Of a stretch of DNA of 64,000 nucleotides, positions 1 to 9,204 are shown in pieces (the stretch's first letter is position 1; each line of letters opens with the position of its first letter). Source of the stretch: Bdellovibrionales bacterium (GTDB lineage: Bacteria > Bdellovibrionota > Bdellovibrionia > Bdellovibrionales > UBA1609); assembly GCA_014323935.1 (NCBI GenBank), contig JACOND010000005.1:17428-81427 (forward strand). The letters are read 5' to 3'. The translations under genes and the position numbers were made by a program. A model generated the notes under the pieces. It was not told where the DNA came from. It saw nothing but the letters and a program-made list of their open reading frames with translations, and ran no database searches.

Positions 1-255
1 ATGTCTAATGATAAAGTCAAGGCTCTAATTACAGTACTCCGGCAGACTTAGATGACAATGATCTGATAGATAGAGCTGTATTTAAATATATTCTCTTGTT
101 ATGTTCAAAAGTCTCTAACTTAAACTGAATGTATCTTCTTATTTTCTCTCTTATCAATTTTCTTATAAGTATGTGGGAGATGTCTCTAAGAGCATATCCC
201 TCACAGTTTTAAGGTGGTTATACTAAAAAGAGTCTTTAAGATTAATTTTATAGAT

Positions 256-1173
256 TTAATGAGATTTTATTAAAGGATTAAATAAACTGTAAAGAATATC
301 TGTTAGATTATTAATAAAAATATAAATAAGAGTGATTAAGAGAATCAGAGCTTGAATTAAGGGATAGTCTCGACTCAAAATAGCTTGATAGAGAAGGCTT
401 CCTATTCCTGGGCGATCAAAAATAGTTTCCACAATAAGAGTTCCTGTTAATAAGGCTCCCATTTGTAAACCTAAAATAGTGAGTATGGGACTCATAGCAT
501 TTTTTAAAACATGTTTAAAATAGATTTGAAAAGGAGATAATCCTTTACTTTGAGCTGTTCTGACATAATTCATCGAAAGTACTTCTAAAAGGCTCGTACG
601 GCTGATTTTCATTAAAATAGCACCAAGGGGGAGGGCTAAACTTAAAGAGGGTAAAATAAGGTAAGAGAAAGAACCGGCACCACTGACAGGAAACCAAGAG
701 AGTTGAGTTGAAAAAAGCCAAATTAAAAAAGGTGCAGAAACAAAAACAGGAATAGAAATAAAAATCAAAGGGAAAAAATTAAAAATATTTTCAAGACGTT
801 TTAAATAAGGATAAGCAGATAAAAGAGCTAAAGGTATTCCCCATAAAATAGCTAAAATAATAGAAAATATGCTTAGAAAAAAAGTATAAGGAAATTCTGA
901 GATGATTAAATGAATCACTGATTCTCCTGTGTGAATCGATTGTCCTAAATTTAAAGTTAAAAAATTTTTTAGAAACTGAAAGTATTGCTCTGTAAAACTC
1001 TTATCTAAACCCATTTCTTGTCTGAGTAAGTTTTTATCTTCTAAACTTGCTCCATCCTTTAAAATGAAATCAACAGGATCTCCAGGAATTAAAAAGATTA
1101 AAAAAAATGTAAAACTTAAAAGAGCTAATACAGTCAAACCGGCGAGCAAAGTTTTTTTAAAAAATAGAAACAT
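256..1173 (-). CDS. ABC transporter permease, DppB/OppB (oligopeptide/dipeptide) family
   Basis: 305-aa ORF. N-terminal LIPGDPVDF motif, multiple TM segments and the conserved loop YVRTAQSKGLS are typical of Opp/Dpp permease subunits. No partner oppC/D/F/A genes are visible next to it. Confidence 0.85.
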   Translation of the reverse strand: MFLFFKKTLLAGLTVLALLSFTFFLIFLIPGDPVDFILKDGASLEDKNLLRQEMGLDKSFTEQYFQFLKNFLTLNLGQSIHTGESVIHLIISEFPYTFFLSIFSIILAILWGIPLALLSAYPYLKRLENIFNFFPLIFISIPVFVSAPFLIWLFSTQLSWFPVSGAGSFSYLILPSLSLALPLGAILMKISRTSLLEVLSMNYVRTAQSKGLSPFQIYFKHVLKNAMSPILTILGLQMGALLTGTLIVETIFDRPGIGSLLYQAILSRDYPLIQALILLITLIYIFINNLTDILYSLFNPLIKSH

Positions 1174-1247
1174 ACATAAACTATTTAAAAAAGAATAATT
1201 AACTAAGGTTTACAGCTTCAAAAAAACATAACTCATAAAATCAAATA

Positions 1248-3674
1248 CTAAATTTTTTTAATAATATCTAACGGATTTGTGGAAGCTTTTTTTTTATGCC
1301 AAATTTTATCTAAATTTTTAAAAATTTTGTCAGCAGATTCTAAAGCTGTCATTAAAACTTGTTCTACATGTTCTACAGGAACAAAATTGATTTCTTTTAA
1401 AACTTGTTTAGGAAGCTCTTTTAAGTCTTTTTCATTATCTTTTGGAAAAACAACAGTTTTTATGCGAACTCTGTGTGCAGCTAAGACCTTTTCTTTTAGT
1501 CCACCAATAGCTAAGACACGGCCCCTTAGAGTTATTTCTCCGGTCATAGCGACTGTGTTTCGAACAGGAATTTTTAAGATAGCAGAAACCAAACTTGTGA
1601 TGATGGCAACTCCAGCAGAAGGTCCATCTTTAGGAATAGCTCCTTCAGGGACATGAATGTGAAAATCATGAGTTTTAAAATATTTTTTGTCTAAACCAAA
1701 AGAGGTAGATAAAGATCGAACAAAGCTTAAAGACGCAGAACAAGACTCTTTCATCACATCCCCTAACTGTCCCGTGAGGTAATACTTTCCTATACCAGGA
1801 AACACAAGAGTCTCTACAGCTAAGGTGTCTCCTCCTGTTTCTGTCCAAGCTAAGCCATTTGTCAATCCTAATAGGTTTGTTTTTTCTAATTCAGTGAAAC
1901 GGAATTTTCTAGGACCTAACATTTTTTCTAAGCCTTTTTTAGAATCTAATTTTAAAATTTTGTTTTTAAATTCTTTTTGACTTTCTTTTTCTATAACAAT
2001 TTGTTTGGCAAGTTTTCTAAAAATACTGGCTAAAGTCCTTTCTAACTGTCTCACTCCTGCTTCTTTTGTATAGTAAAGGATTATTTCTTTAAATACAGAA
2101 TCTGTAATATTGATGGAGTAGTCTTTTAATCCATGTCTTTCTTTTTGACGAAGGAATAAGTGTTTTTTAGCAATGTGCATTTTTTCTTGTTCGATATAGC
2201 CTTCAATAGGAATAAGCTCCATGCGATCTAAAAGAGGACCTTTTAAAGTATGGGTTGAATTGGCCGTACATATAAATAGGATTGAGGATAAATCATAATC
2301 TAACTCAATGTAATGATCTTGAAAGGTGTGATTTTGTTCAGGGTCTAAAATTTCTAAGAGTGCTGAAGAAGGATCACCTCTAAAATTTCCTAATCCCATT
2401 TTATCTACTTCATCTAGAAGTAAAACAGGATTTCCTTTTTTAACTTTTTTTAAAGCTTGAATGATTTTACCAGGCATAGAACCTATGTAAGTTTTACGAT
2501 GTCCTCTTAACTCTGCTTCATCTTGAACTCCCCCTAAGGAAATGCGAGCAAAAGGACGGTTGAGAGATGTCGCTATAGATTGTGCTAAGGATGTTTTTCC
2601 AACTCCAGGAGGACCGACAAAGCAAATTACAGGACTACGACTAGATTGACTTAAATGACGAACGGCTAAATATTCTATAATTCGTTCCTTTACTTTTTTT
2701 AATCCCCAATGATCACGGTCTAAAATCTCTTGAGCTTCTTTTAAGTTGTTTTTTTCTTTTGAAAAATCTTGCCAAGGTAAGTCTAAAAGCCAATCAATAT
2801 AGTTTCGAGTCACTGTAGATTCAGCACTCATAGGAGACATCATCTTGAGTTTTTGTAACTCTTTTTTAAATCTCTGTTCAACTTCTTTGTTCCACTTTTT
2901 TTTAGCTCCGTGTTTTTCTAAATTTTTAACTTCTGTATGAAAATCATCTTTTTCACCTAACTCTCTTTGAATCGCTTGGAGTTGTTCATTTAAATAGTAT
3001 TCTTTTTGGGTTTTTTCCATTTGTTCTTTGACCCGAGTACGAATTTTTCTTTCAACTTTGAGAATTTGAATCTCCCTTGTAATCAACTTAAGAATGTTTT
3101 TCAGTCGATCTACAGTATCTATTGTTTCTAAAATTTTTTGTTTGTCTTCAAATCTTAAATTTAAGTGAGAGGCAATCACATCAGCAAGTTCTCCACATTC
3201 ATTAATTGCAGATATTTTAGCTATGATTTCAGAAGGAATATGTTTATTGACTTTTACATAGTTTTCAACAGAAGAATAAACTGTTCTTAAAATAGCTTCT
3301 GTTTCTGTTCCTTCTGAAGTACTTTCTTTAATAATTTCTACATCAACCATTAAACATGGGTCTACACTGACATATTTTTTAATTAAAACTCGTTGTTTCC
3401 CTTCTATAATTGTTTTAACGGTTCCATCAGGAAGTCTTAAATGTTGCACAATAGAGCCTAAAGTTCCAATTTGATAAATTTGTTCTGGACTAGGATCATC
3501 GATTTTCGTTTCTTTTTGTGAAGCTAGAATAATATCTGTTTTGTTTGAAATCGTTTTTTCTAAAGCATTAATACTTTTTTCTCGTCCTATAAAAATAGGC
3601 ATCATCATATAGGGAAAAACTACAATATCTCGTAGTGGTAAAAGAGGTAAATTTAACGGTTTAGAAGAAGACAT
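1248..3674 (-). CDS. lon: ATP-dependent Lon protease
   Basis: Track ORF runs to 3710, but the likely start is MSSSKPLNLPLLPLRD at 3674. LON N-domain, AAA+ Walker A GPPGVGKTS, Walker B LLLDEVDK, and protease catalytic Ser motif PKDGPSAGVAI. Confidence 0.95.
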   Translation of the reverse strand: MSSSKPLNLPLLPLRDIVVFPYMMMPIFIGREKSINALEKTISNKTDIILASQKETKIDDPSPEQIYQIGTLGSIVQHLRLPDGTVKTIIEGKQRVLIKKYVSVDPCLMVDVEIIKESTSEGTETEAILRTVYSSVENYVKVNKHIPSEIIAKISAINECGELADVIASHLNLRFEDKQKILETIDTVDRLKNILKLITREIQILKVERKIRTRVKEQMEKTQKEYYLNEQLQAIQRELGEKDDFHTEVKNLEKHGAKKKWNKEVEQRFKKELQKLKMMSPMSAESTVTRNYIDWLLDLPWQDFSKEKNNLKEAQEILDRDHWGLKKVKERIIEYLAVRHLSQSSRSPVICFVGPPGVGKTSLAQSIATSLNRPFARISLGGVQDEAELRGHRKTYIGSMPGKIIQALKKVKKGNPVLLLDEVDKMGLGNFRGDPSSALLEILDPEQNHTFQDHYIELDYDLSSILFICTANSTHTLKGPLLDRMELIPIEGYIEQEKMHIAKKHLFLRQKERHGLKDYSINITDSVFKEIILYYTKEAGVRQLERTLASIFRKLAKQIVIEKESQKEFKNKILKLDSKKGLEKMLGPRKFRFTELEKTNLLGLTNGLAWTETGGDTLAVETLVFPGIGKYYLTGQLGDVMKESCSASLSFVRSLSTSFGLDKKYFKTHDFHIHVPEGAIPKDGPSAGVAIITSLVSAILKIPVRNTVAMTGEITLRGRVLAIGGLKEKVLAAHRVRIKTVVFPKDNEKDLKELPKQVLKEINFVPVEHVEQVLMTALESADKIFKNLDKIWHKKKASTNPLDIIKKI

Positions 3675-3995
3675 GTAAAAGAAGTTAAATGATTTTACAA
3701 AAAAGGTCAAAACGAAAAAAAAGAAATTTCTTTTTGAAGAGAATTGATATATTTGAAAAAAGCTAATACGTTATATTTAATTCTTTTGTTCATGAAAAGT
3801 TTATTAAGTTGTAAGAAAAAACTTTCTATTTTTTAAATCTTAATTTGGGAGAGATTTCTTAAAAAAAAAATTCTTAGAAATTCTTAGAAATTCTTAATTT
3901 CAAAGAATCTAAAAATAAAAAATAAAAATTTTTACTTTAAAAATTCATTAAGAATTGTTATAATAACTAATATTAAAAAATTAGAAACAGGAGAA

Positions 3996-4265
3996 ATGAT
4001 GAAAACAGGATTTATTTTATTAATGACTTTATTTATGAGTTTAGTCCATGCTGAATTCGATTGTATCAAACCAGATTTTATTGATTATCCTTTAGATGAT
4101 TATCAAGTTCTATTATTAGATAATGATGAGATTCAATTAATAGAGGAGTTTCATATTTGTCTCTTAGAGAAAAAAAACGATGAAGAAAAGAGTGACTCTA
4201 ATAGTATTGAATGGATGAATATAAAACTTGAGGGTCTATTATTCAAGCATCTACGTTTTTTTTAA
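3996..4265 (+). CDS. small hypothetical secreted protein
   Basis: 89-aa ORF preceded by an AGGAGA Shine-Dalgarno. N-terminal signal-peptide-like MMKTGFILLMTLFMSLVHA. No recognisable domain. Confidence 0.4.
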   Translation: MMKTGFILLMTLFMSLVHAEFDCIKPDFIDYPLDDYQVLLLDNDEIQLIEEFHICLLEKKNDEEKSDSNSIEWMNIKLEGLLFKHLRFF

Positions 4266-4318
4266 TCTATGTTAGTAACTTTTTGTAGTTTAGGAAAAAA
4301 CATAATATAAAAAAAGAA

Positions 4319-5317
4319 ATGTCAAAAATCAGTTATAAAAAAGCAGGAGTTGACATAAGAAAAGCTGATAAACTTGTTCGTTGGATTAAGACTAACAATT
4401 CAGGTTCTGTATCAAGCTTAGGTTCAGATTATGCGAGTTTACATGCTCTGGATTTTTCTTCATATAAACAACCTGTTTTAGCAAGCTCTACAGATGGTGT
4501 GGGAACGAAAATAGAGTTAGCAAAATATTTTTCTTCTTGGGAAGGAATAGGGCAAGATCTTTTAGCAATGTGTTTAAATGATTTGATTTGTGTGGGAGCT
4601 AAACCTCTTTTCTTTTTAGATTATTATGCTTGTGGTCAATTACATTTATCTCAGGCAAAAGCTTTTTTAAAGGGTTTGAAAAAGGCTTGTGATAAAGCAA
4701 ATTGTTCCTTGGTAGGAGGAGAAACAGCAGAGCTTCCCGGTTTCTATAAGGATTCTAATATAGACTTAGCTGGTTTTTGTGTAGGAATTGTTGAAAAGTC
4801 AAAAATTTTAAAGGCGAGTCTTGTTAGAAAGGGAGATGATATTGTAGCTTTTAAAAGTTCTGGTTTTCATAGTAATGGTTATTCTTTACTTAGAAAACTT
4901 TATAAAAGTGATTCGGATTTAAAAAAGAATAAAAAGATACTTCTGGAACCTACTCGTTTGTATAGTTTTTTAGTTCCTGTTTTGAATCAGATTAAAAATT
5001 TAAGAGCTATGGCTCATATCACAGGTTCTGGTTTAGATAATCTTTCTCGTATTTTACCAAATCATTTAACAGCAGAACTTAAGGCTTGGTCGATTCCTTC
5101 TTGTTTTTTAGATGTTAAAAAAAGATCCGCTTTATCTTGGAAGGAAATGTTAAAGATTTTTAATTGTGGTTTAGGCTTAGTCTTGATTCTAAAAGATAAA
5201 AAAGTTTTATATGATTTATTTCCTCAAAAAGATATCATCAGTTTAGGGAAGGTAAGAGCTTCTTCTCAAAGGAAGGCTTGGAATCTTAATTTTAAAGATC
5301 TGAATTCTTTGAATTGA
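4319..5317 (+). CDS. purM: phosphoribosylformylglycinamidine cyclo-ligase (AIR synthetase)
   Basis: 332 aa. N-terminal SYKKAGVDI, the DGVGTK block and GGETAELPG block are characteristic of PurM. Confidence 0.9.
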   Translation: MSKISYKKAGVDIRKADKLVRWIKTNNSGSVSSLGSDYASLHALDFSSYKQPVLASSTDGVGTKIELAKYFSSWEGIGQDLLAMCLNDLICVGAKPLFFLDYYACGQLHLSQAKAFLKGLKKACDKANCSLVGGETAELPGFYKDSNIDLAGFCVGIVEKSKILKASLVRKGDDIVAFKSSGFHSNGYSLLRKLYKSDSDLKKNKKILLEPTRLYSFLVPVLNQIKNLRAMAHITGSGLDNLSRILPNHLTAELKAWSIPSCFLDVKKRSALSWKEMLKIFNCGLGLVLILKDKKVLYDLFPQKDIISLGKVRASSQRKAWNLNFKDLNSLN

Positions 5318-5345
5318 TTTTTTTAGGATTTAAAAAGAAAGACAT

Positions 5346-7214
5346 TTAGCTCGTTTTCTTAAGGAAAGAAAAAAAACTGGTTTTTTTAGTTTTCTGCTCT
5401 TCTTTTCGTTTTTGCTTTACTTTAAGCAGTTCTTTTTTAGCTTGAGGAAAATCACTTTGAATCAAAATAGTTTTTTTAAAAAAATCTTCTGCTTTTTCAT
5501 ACTTTTTACATTTTAAATAGAAAAGTCCTACGACAAACCAATACAAATAAGAGGCTCTTAAATGAAGAGGAACTTTATTAATTTCTTTATTCATTTTTAT
5601 CAAAGCTGTTTTTTTATCTTTACCTAAAGAATCTAAGAAATTCCCTTTTAATTGAGCCCAGAATAAATAAAGTTGAATGTTTTTAGGAGTTTGTTTATGA
5701 TCTTTAATTTGTGATAGAATTTGAAAAGATTGTTCATATTTTTCTTCTTCAATCAAATCAATTCCTTTTTTATACTGATCCATGATTTCTATTAAATTTT
5801 GATTGGTATAGTTTTTGTTTTTTAATAGGTTTTGATAAATTGAGGTCAATTTTTCTTGGATATGGTCTAATTTTTTTTTTGTTTCAGATGTAATTTCTTT
5901 ACTTTGAGTGTAATGAAAAATTTGAGAACTCATTTCTTTGTATTTTTGTTTGATTTCTTTTTTTGAAACAACAGCTATATTTCCTGTTAATAGGGAGGCA
6001 AGCTCCTGGTTTGATTTTGATGAGATTTCATCTATAAATAGGAGCATGGTTTCATTATTTGTTTCAGATTCTTTTAGAAAGAAAGATTTTGTTAATAAAC
6101 CAAAATAGATGAAAGGAATTATTTCTTCTTGATGTTTTTTCGTGAGCTGTGAGAGAGTTTGATGATTCTCACAGGATTTAAAAAAAGTGTTATATTGATT
6201 TAAAAAATTTCTTTGATTGAGGGAAAAAGTATTTAACTGAGTCAACTTATTAATTTGATAGGATTTAAATTTTGAATAGAAATATTTCCAAAAATCATCT
6301 TTTATTTCTGTTTGAACACTGTCAGCTAACCAATCTATAAATTCTGGTTTATTGAAATCAAATTCTATTTTGTCGTAATTTTCTGAGTTTTTTGAAAGGA
6401 TTTTTAATTTAAAGGACGGATGAGACATAAACTCTGAGAGTCGAATTTTAACTTGTTCTTTTAAAATAAAATCCAACATATGAGGGCTTAAAAGTTTTTT
6501 TTCTAAAAGCCTTTCACCTATTTTTTTATTATCTGTTTTATCCTTTAAAACAGATTGGATATCTTCTGTAAGAGATAAGCCATGTTCAATTAAAAGGGTT
6601 CCTAAAAAGGAGCTATTACTTCTTGAAACAACTTGAATTATTTTTCCTTTATAAAAATGAATGTAATTTTCTTGAGAGTTGATCTCTAAGACAATATCTC
6701 CTGTGAATGATTTTAAATGAGCTAAAAAGATGAGAGGGATGAGTAAATGAGATTCAAAGTTGTCAGATTCAGGGAAATAAAAGTTTAAAGGATTTTGAGG
6801 GATGCCTTTTTCTAAAAAGAAAGACCAAGGATTTGGTTTTGTTGTTTTTGAAGAAGACGTGTGAGGAGATGTAAATTTTAATATTTTTTTTTCATCAAAT
6901 GGTTTTTTGAAAAACCCATAGTTTTTTTTAGCAATCTCAGGAATGTTTTTTAAAATAGTATTTTCATTAAAAAAACCACTGATTATAGCTACTTTTGATT
7001 TTACATTTTTCTCTAATAAAGTATTAATAACTTCAACTCCTTTGACATCTGTTAAAAGAATATCTAAAACGATCAATTGAAAATTGTTATTTATAACAAG
7101 AGAGGAAACAGAACTCCAAGAAGAATTGATTTGAACCGACCATCCTTGTTCTGAAAGTAGTTTTTTAAGAGATTCGGCTAGAGAAAGATTATCTTCTAAA
7201 ATAAGTGCTTTCAT
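5346..7214 (-). CDS. response regulator: CheY-like receiver + DUF4388-like segment + TPR-like C-terminus
   Basis: REC domain has an acidic pair (LEDN), phospho-acceptor context IVLDILLTD and KP in FFKKPF. The middle block GDIVLEINSQENYIHFYKGKIIQVV resembles DUF4388. The C-terminus has TPR-like helical repeats (YEKAEDFFKKTILIQSDFPQAKK). No DNA-binding output domain. Confidence 0.7.
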   Translation of the reverse strand: MKALILEDNLSLAESLKKLLSEQGWSVQINSSWSSVSSLVINNNFQLIVLDILLTDVKGVEVINTLLEKNVKSKVAIISGFFNENTILKNIPEIAKKNYGFFKKPFDEKKILKFTSPHTSSSKTTKPNPWSFFLEKGIPQNPLNFYFPESDNFESHLLIPLIFLAHLKSFTGDIVLEINSQENYIHFYKGKIIQVVSRSNSSFLGTLLIEHGLSLTEDIQSVLKDKTDNKKIGERLLEKKLLSPHMLDFILKEQVKIRLSEFMSHPSFKLKILSKNSENYDKIEFDFNKPEFIDWLADSVQTEIKDDFWKYFYSKFKSYQINKLTQLNTFSLNQRNFLNQYNTFFKSCENHQTLSQLTKKHQEEIIPFIYFGLLTKSFFLKESETNNETMLLFIDEISSKSNQELASLLTGNIAVVSKKEIKQKYKEMSSQIFHYTQSKEITSETKKKLDHIQEKLTSIYQNLLKNKNYTNQNLIEIMDQYKKGIDLIEEEKYEQSFQILSQIKDHKQTPKNIQLYLFWAQLKGNFLDSLGKDKKTALIKMNKEINKVPLHLRASYLYWFVVGLFYLKCKKYEKAEDFFKKTILIQSDFPQAKKELLKVKQKRKEEQKTKKTSFFSFLKKTS

Positions 7215-7281
7215 ACAGATTTCTAATCGGTTTTTTAAATTGAAAACTTAAATCTGTTTTTTTAAGAGATGAACTCATCTT

Positions 7282-8097
7282 TTAAATTTCAAGACCGTTA
7301 TTAGACCAGTTCAAACAAAAAGAATGTCCTGATTGAAAAGGATATCCTTGAAAATCATCTGAGAAATCATGTTTTTTTCCATAGGCTATAAAGGCCAAGC
7401 CCTTCCAAGCCGGTCTAGATTTATAAAAATTTTGAATCTGTAGTTTTAACTCTTGTTCTCGGTATTGATAAATCCAATAAGAATTGAGATTGTTTATATC
7501 TGTAAAATTATTTCCTAACTTAGCTAAAACAAGATCAAAACTTTGTTTTTCAATAACTTTATAGAGTCTACGAATTTCCTTTAAAAAATAAAGAGTTAAA
7601 CTAGCTCCCATCGTCCAAAGATAATCTTTTTGTAGTTGATTTAGGTGTTCGTAAAAAGCAGGAAATCCTGATTGAAACAGTTTTAAAGCTAAATTTTTTC
7701 TTTCTGTTACAAAAAATTTAGAACCATCTAACTTAGTAAAAGAATCAGAACTGTTAGAAACATAATTTTCATTGTAAGTATCATCTGTAATATGTTCATC
7801 AAAGACAGCAAGAGCTTGATAAGAGCGATTGTAATCTATGAGGGTGTGTAACAGTTGAAATTGAGATTTTACCACAGTTTCAAAGACTTCTGTTGAAATA
7901 TTATCTGCTTTAGGAGGGGAATGGTACATAGGAAAGTGAACGATAGAGTATCCTGGATCAAAGACACAAGTTCTGAAATTTTGATTTGTTAAACTTAAAG
8001 GTCTTGAAGAAATTTGTTGTTTGTATCCCGGATTTATTCCTTGAGAACAGGCCAGTAATATCCATGGGATTAAAAAGAGAAAAAGTTTTTTATACAC
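7282..8097 (-). CDS. hypothetical lipoprotein, co-directional and 9 nt downstream of rodA
   Basis: 271 aa. Canonical lipobox LLAC|S after a hydrophobic N-terminus. No recognisable domain. Confidence 0.55.
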   Translation of the reverse strand: MYKKLFLFLIPWILLACSQGINPGYKQQISSRPLSLTNQNFRTCVFDPGYSIVHFPMYHSPPKADNISTEVFETVVKSQFQLLHTLIDYNRSYQALAVFDEHITDDTYNENYVSNSSDSFTKLDGSKFFVTERKNLALKLFQSGFPAFYEHLNQLQKDYLWTMGASLTLYFLKEIRRLYKVIEKQSFDLVLAKLGNNFTDINNLNSYWIYQYREQELKLQIQNFYKSRPAWKGLAFIAYGKKHDFSDDFQGYPFQSGHSFCLNWSNNGLEI

Positions 8098-8106
8098 TTT
8101 TTTATA

Positions 8107-9204
8107 TTAAAATAAATTTTTATCTTTGTAAATACTTGTAGCTATTCCTAGAAAAGTCATAGTTGTGATAAGATTGGATCCTCCGTAAGATAATAGAGGA
8201 AGAGGTATTCCAACGACAGGAAAAAGACCCATAACCATAGATATGTTTAAAACGACATGCCACATCAAAAAGGAACCTATAGCTAGACAAAAGTAGCAAC
8301 TCAGCCGGTCTCTTGTTGAACGTGCTAAATTAAAAATAAAAACAATCATTAAAAAATAAACAGATAAGACAAAGGAGCTTCCTAAAAAACCATATTCTTC
8401 ACTTAAAACACTAAAGATAAAATCGGTGTGTCTTTCTGGAAGAAATTGTAGTTTATTTTGAGTTCCTTTTTTAAAACCTTTGCCAAAAATTTGCCCGCTT
8501 CCTATGGCAATTTTTGATTGAATCACATTATATCCTGTTCCTTGGGGGTCTTTTCCTGGTTTTATAAAACTAAGAACTCGTGATTTTTGATAGGGCTTTA
8601 AAATAAAACTCCATATCAAAGGCGTACTTGTTATAAAAAGAGCAGAAAAAATGAAAAGAGTTTTTCTCTCTACACCTTGGAATAAAATCAAGCTAGCAAT
8701 TATAATTAATGTGATTCCAGCTGTTCCTAAATCCGGTTGTAAAAAGACTAAAAAAAGAGGAGGAATTAGGGTGAAAAAAAAAGGTAAGAGGTTCATAAAA
8801 TCAAAAGGTTTTCTAAGAGGGCGTTGAGAGATTTTATGGGCTGTTAATAAAACTAAAATAATTTTTAGAGTTTCAGAAGGTTGATAATAAAAGAATCCTA
8901 AGTTTAACCATCGTTTGGCAGAATCAACTTCTTTTCCAAGAATAAAAATGAGACTAAGACATATCATGTGGAATAAAAAAAGAGGCCAGAGTGTTTTTAC
9001 GATAAAGGTAATTTTTATATAGGAGATAATAAAGAAAATGATCCAAGAGATTAGAATCCATAGGAGTTGTTGTTTAAAAAGGAAAGGTTTTTCAAAAGAA
9101 GTACTATAAATAGAAAGCCAGCCTATTCCTTGTAAAATTAAGATATAAGATAGGAAAAATGGATTAAAACTCTTTAATTTTTCATACACAAAGGATATTT
9201 TCAT
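8107..9204 (-). CDS. rodA: SEDS-family peptidoglycan glycosyltransferase RodA
   Basis: 365 aa polytopic membrane protein. FtsW/RodA/SpoVE blocks (PERHTDFIFSVLSEEYGF, LPLLSYGGS). Its start overlaps the PBP2 stop by 1 nt. Confidence 0.85.
   Translation of the reverse strand: MKISFVYEKLKSFNPFFLSYILILQGIGWLSIYSTSFEKPFLFKQQLLWILISWIIFFIISYIKITFIVKTLWPLFLFHMICLSLIFILGKEVDSAKRWLNLGFFYYQPSETLKIILVLLTAHKISQRPLRKPFDFMNLLPFFFTLIPPLFLVFLQPDLGTAGITLIIIASLILFQGVERKTLFIFSALFITSTPLIWSFILKPYQKSRVLSFIKPGKDPQGTGYNVIQSKIAIGSGQIFGKGFKKGTQNKLQFLPERHTDFIFSVLSEEYGFLGSSFVLSVYFLMIVFIFNLARSTRDRLSCYFCLAIGSFLMWHVVLNISMVMGLFPVVGIPLPLLSYGGSNLITTMTFLGIATSIYKDKNLF

Noticed and set aside
1279-1656. 125-aa plus-strand ORF inside lon
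   Set aside because: It is antisense to a confidently identified, motif-rich Lon coding region. It has an odd composition and no motifs, as expected for a shadow ORF.
3871-3897. Resemblance of TTCTTAGAAATTCTTAGAAATTC to a eukaryotic heat-shock element
   Set aside because: The TTC/GAA spacing (3 and 1 nt) does not match nTTCnnGAAn, and HSF is not bacterial. It is retained only as a generic repeat observation.
5871-5880. T10 homopolymer inside the response-regulator gene as a phase-variation tract
   Set aside because: It is in frame (encodes KKK) in a genome where long A/T runs are ubiquitous. There is no evidence of frame disruption here.
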